The translations under genes and the position numbers were made by a program. Positions 59,691 to 64,000 of a stretch of DNA of 64,000 bases are shown here, one piece after another. The number at the start of each line of letters is the position of its first letter. Within the stretch, counting starts at the first letter, position 1. The notes under the pieces were generated by a model, which saw nothing but the letters and a program-made list of their open reading frames with translations, was not told the DNA's origin and did not search any database. Source of the DNA: Chrysomallon squamiferum (Eukaryota; Animalia; Mollusca); the NCBI GenBank assembly GCA_012295275.1, contig CM022675.1:14570001-14634000 (forward strand), given 5' to 3'.

Positions 59691-60235
59691 TTAACTAAAC
59701 CACAGTATCATTTTAGTTTGTAAGTTTAGCTACTTTAGTTTTCAGGTCTGTTAACCAATTTTTTTATAAAACTGTTTTGGTCTGCAATAGAATTGCATAT
59801 TATTTCTTACATAATAAAGTGATTTACACTATAATTTTTCTTTGAGTTTGTATTAGCTTGCAGGATATTTGTCTTAGGTTCTGGATTGGAAAACAAATGG
59901 CTTTATTACATTAACTGTATTTTCACCAACTCCTAGAAACTATTATTTTTACCTGAACCTAGCACATGACAGTACAGAACAAAGAAGACAAAATGCATTT
60001 TCTTTTACATTTTAATGTCTATGACTATGTACACAATAGAAAATTCATGATTTTTCTGAAAATATATACAATATATGCACAATCATTGATTTCCTCTTTT
60101 TTATCTTTAAATATTTTTTGTTTCCCAAGTCTTGAAATTTGGATATATATGTGTATATATATGTATATACTTGAATTGCTTTTGTTGTTCATTTGGAGAG
60201 TAATATGAAGTATGTAATTCACAGCTGTGTGGTGT

Positions 60236-63905
<3,670 letters not shown>

Positions 63906-64000
63906 CTACAGTTTAAAAATATGTGATAACACACAGCGCAGATTTGCTTAAGAAATGCTGTTATCCAGTATACTATTACTATTAGCATAATATGGGGTCT

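Noticed and set aside
56838-59694. piggyBac or PIF/Harbinger assignment for the TTAA-flanked element
   Set aside because: piggyBac begins with CC(C/T), not GGG. A 3-bp Harbinger TSD would read TAA left versus TTA right. The internal peptide fits Sola better; Kolobok is not fully excluded without a search.

Overview
AT-rich, microsatellite-dense, intron-rich animal genomic DNA, most likely a mollusc or other lophotrochozoan (inferred from gene content and SINE remnants). The left half (1-32 kb) is gene-poor. It holds one clear coding exon on the minus strand (15203-14756) that looks like the first exon of a developmental transcription factor. It is probably a posterior Hox (Post2-like) gene, but no homeobox exon was found in the window, so this is unproven. 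It is followed by an intron of >14.7 kb and preceded by ~17 kb of CpG-rich non-coding islands carrying Hox/Pbx, Meis, E-box, YY1 and DR1 motifs. The right half is compact: a complete 6-exon non-muscle myosin essential light chain gene (+), a tRNA-Arg(CCG) (-), a complete 26-exon neurexin IV/CNTNAP gene (+), a 2.85-kb TTAA-flanked long-TIR DNA transposon with a decayed Sola2-like transposase, and the last 7 exons of MCM6 (-). Most ORFs in the supplied track are microsatellite translations or exon fragments. I found no clearly new system; the best leads are the putative Hox-cluster edge, an antisense exon chain inside its intron, and the transposon's anatomy.
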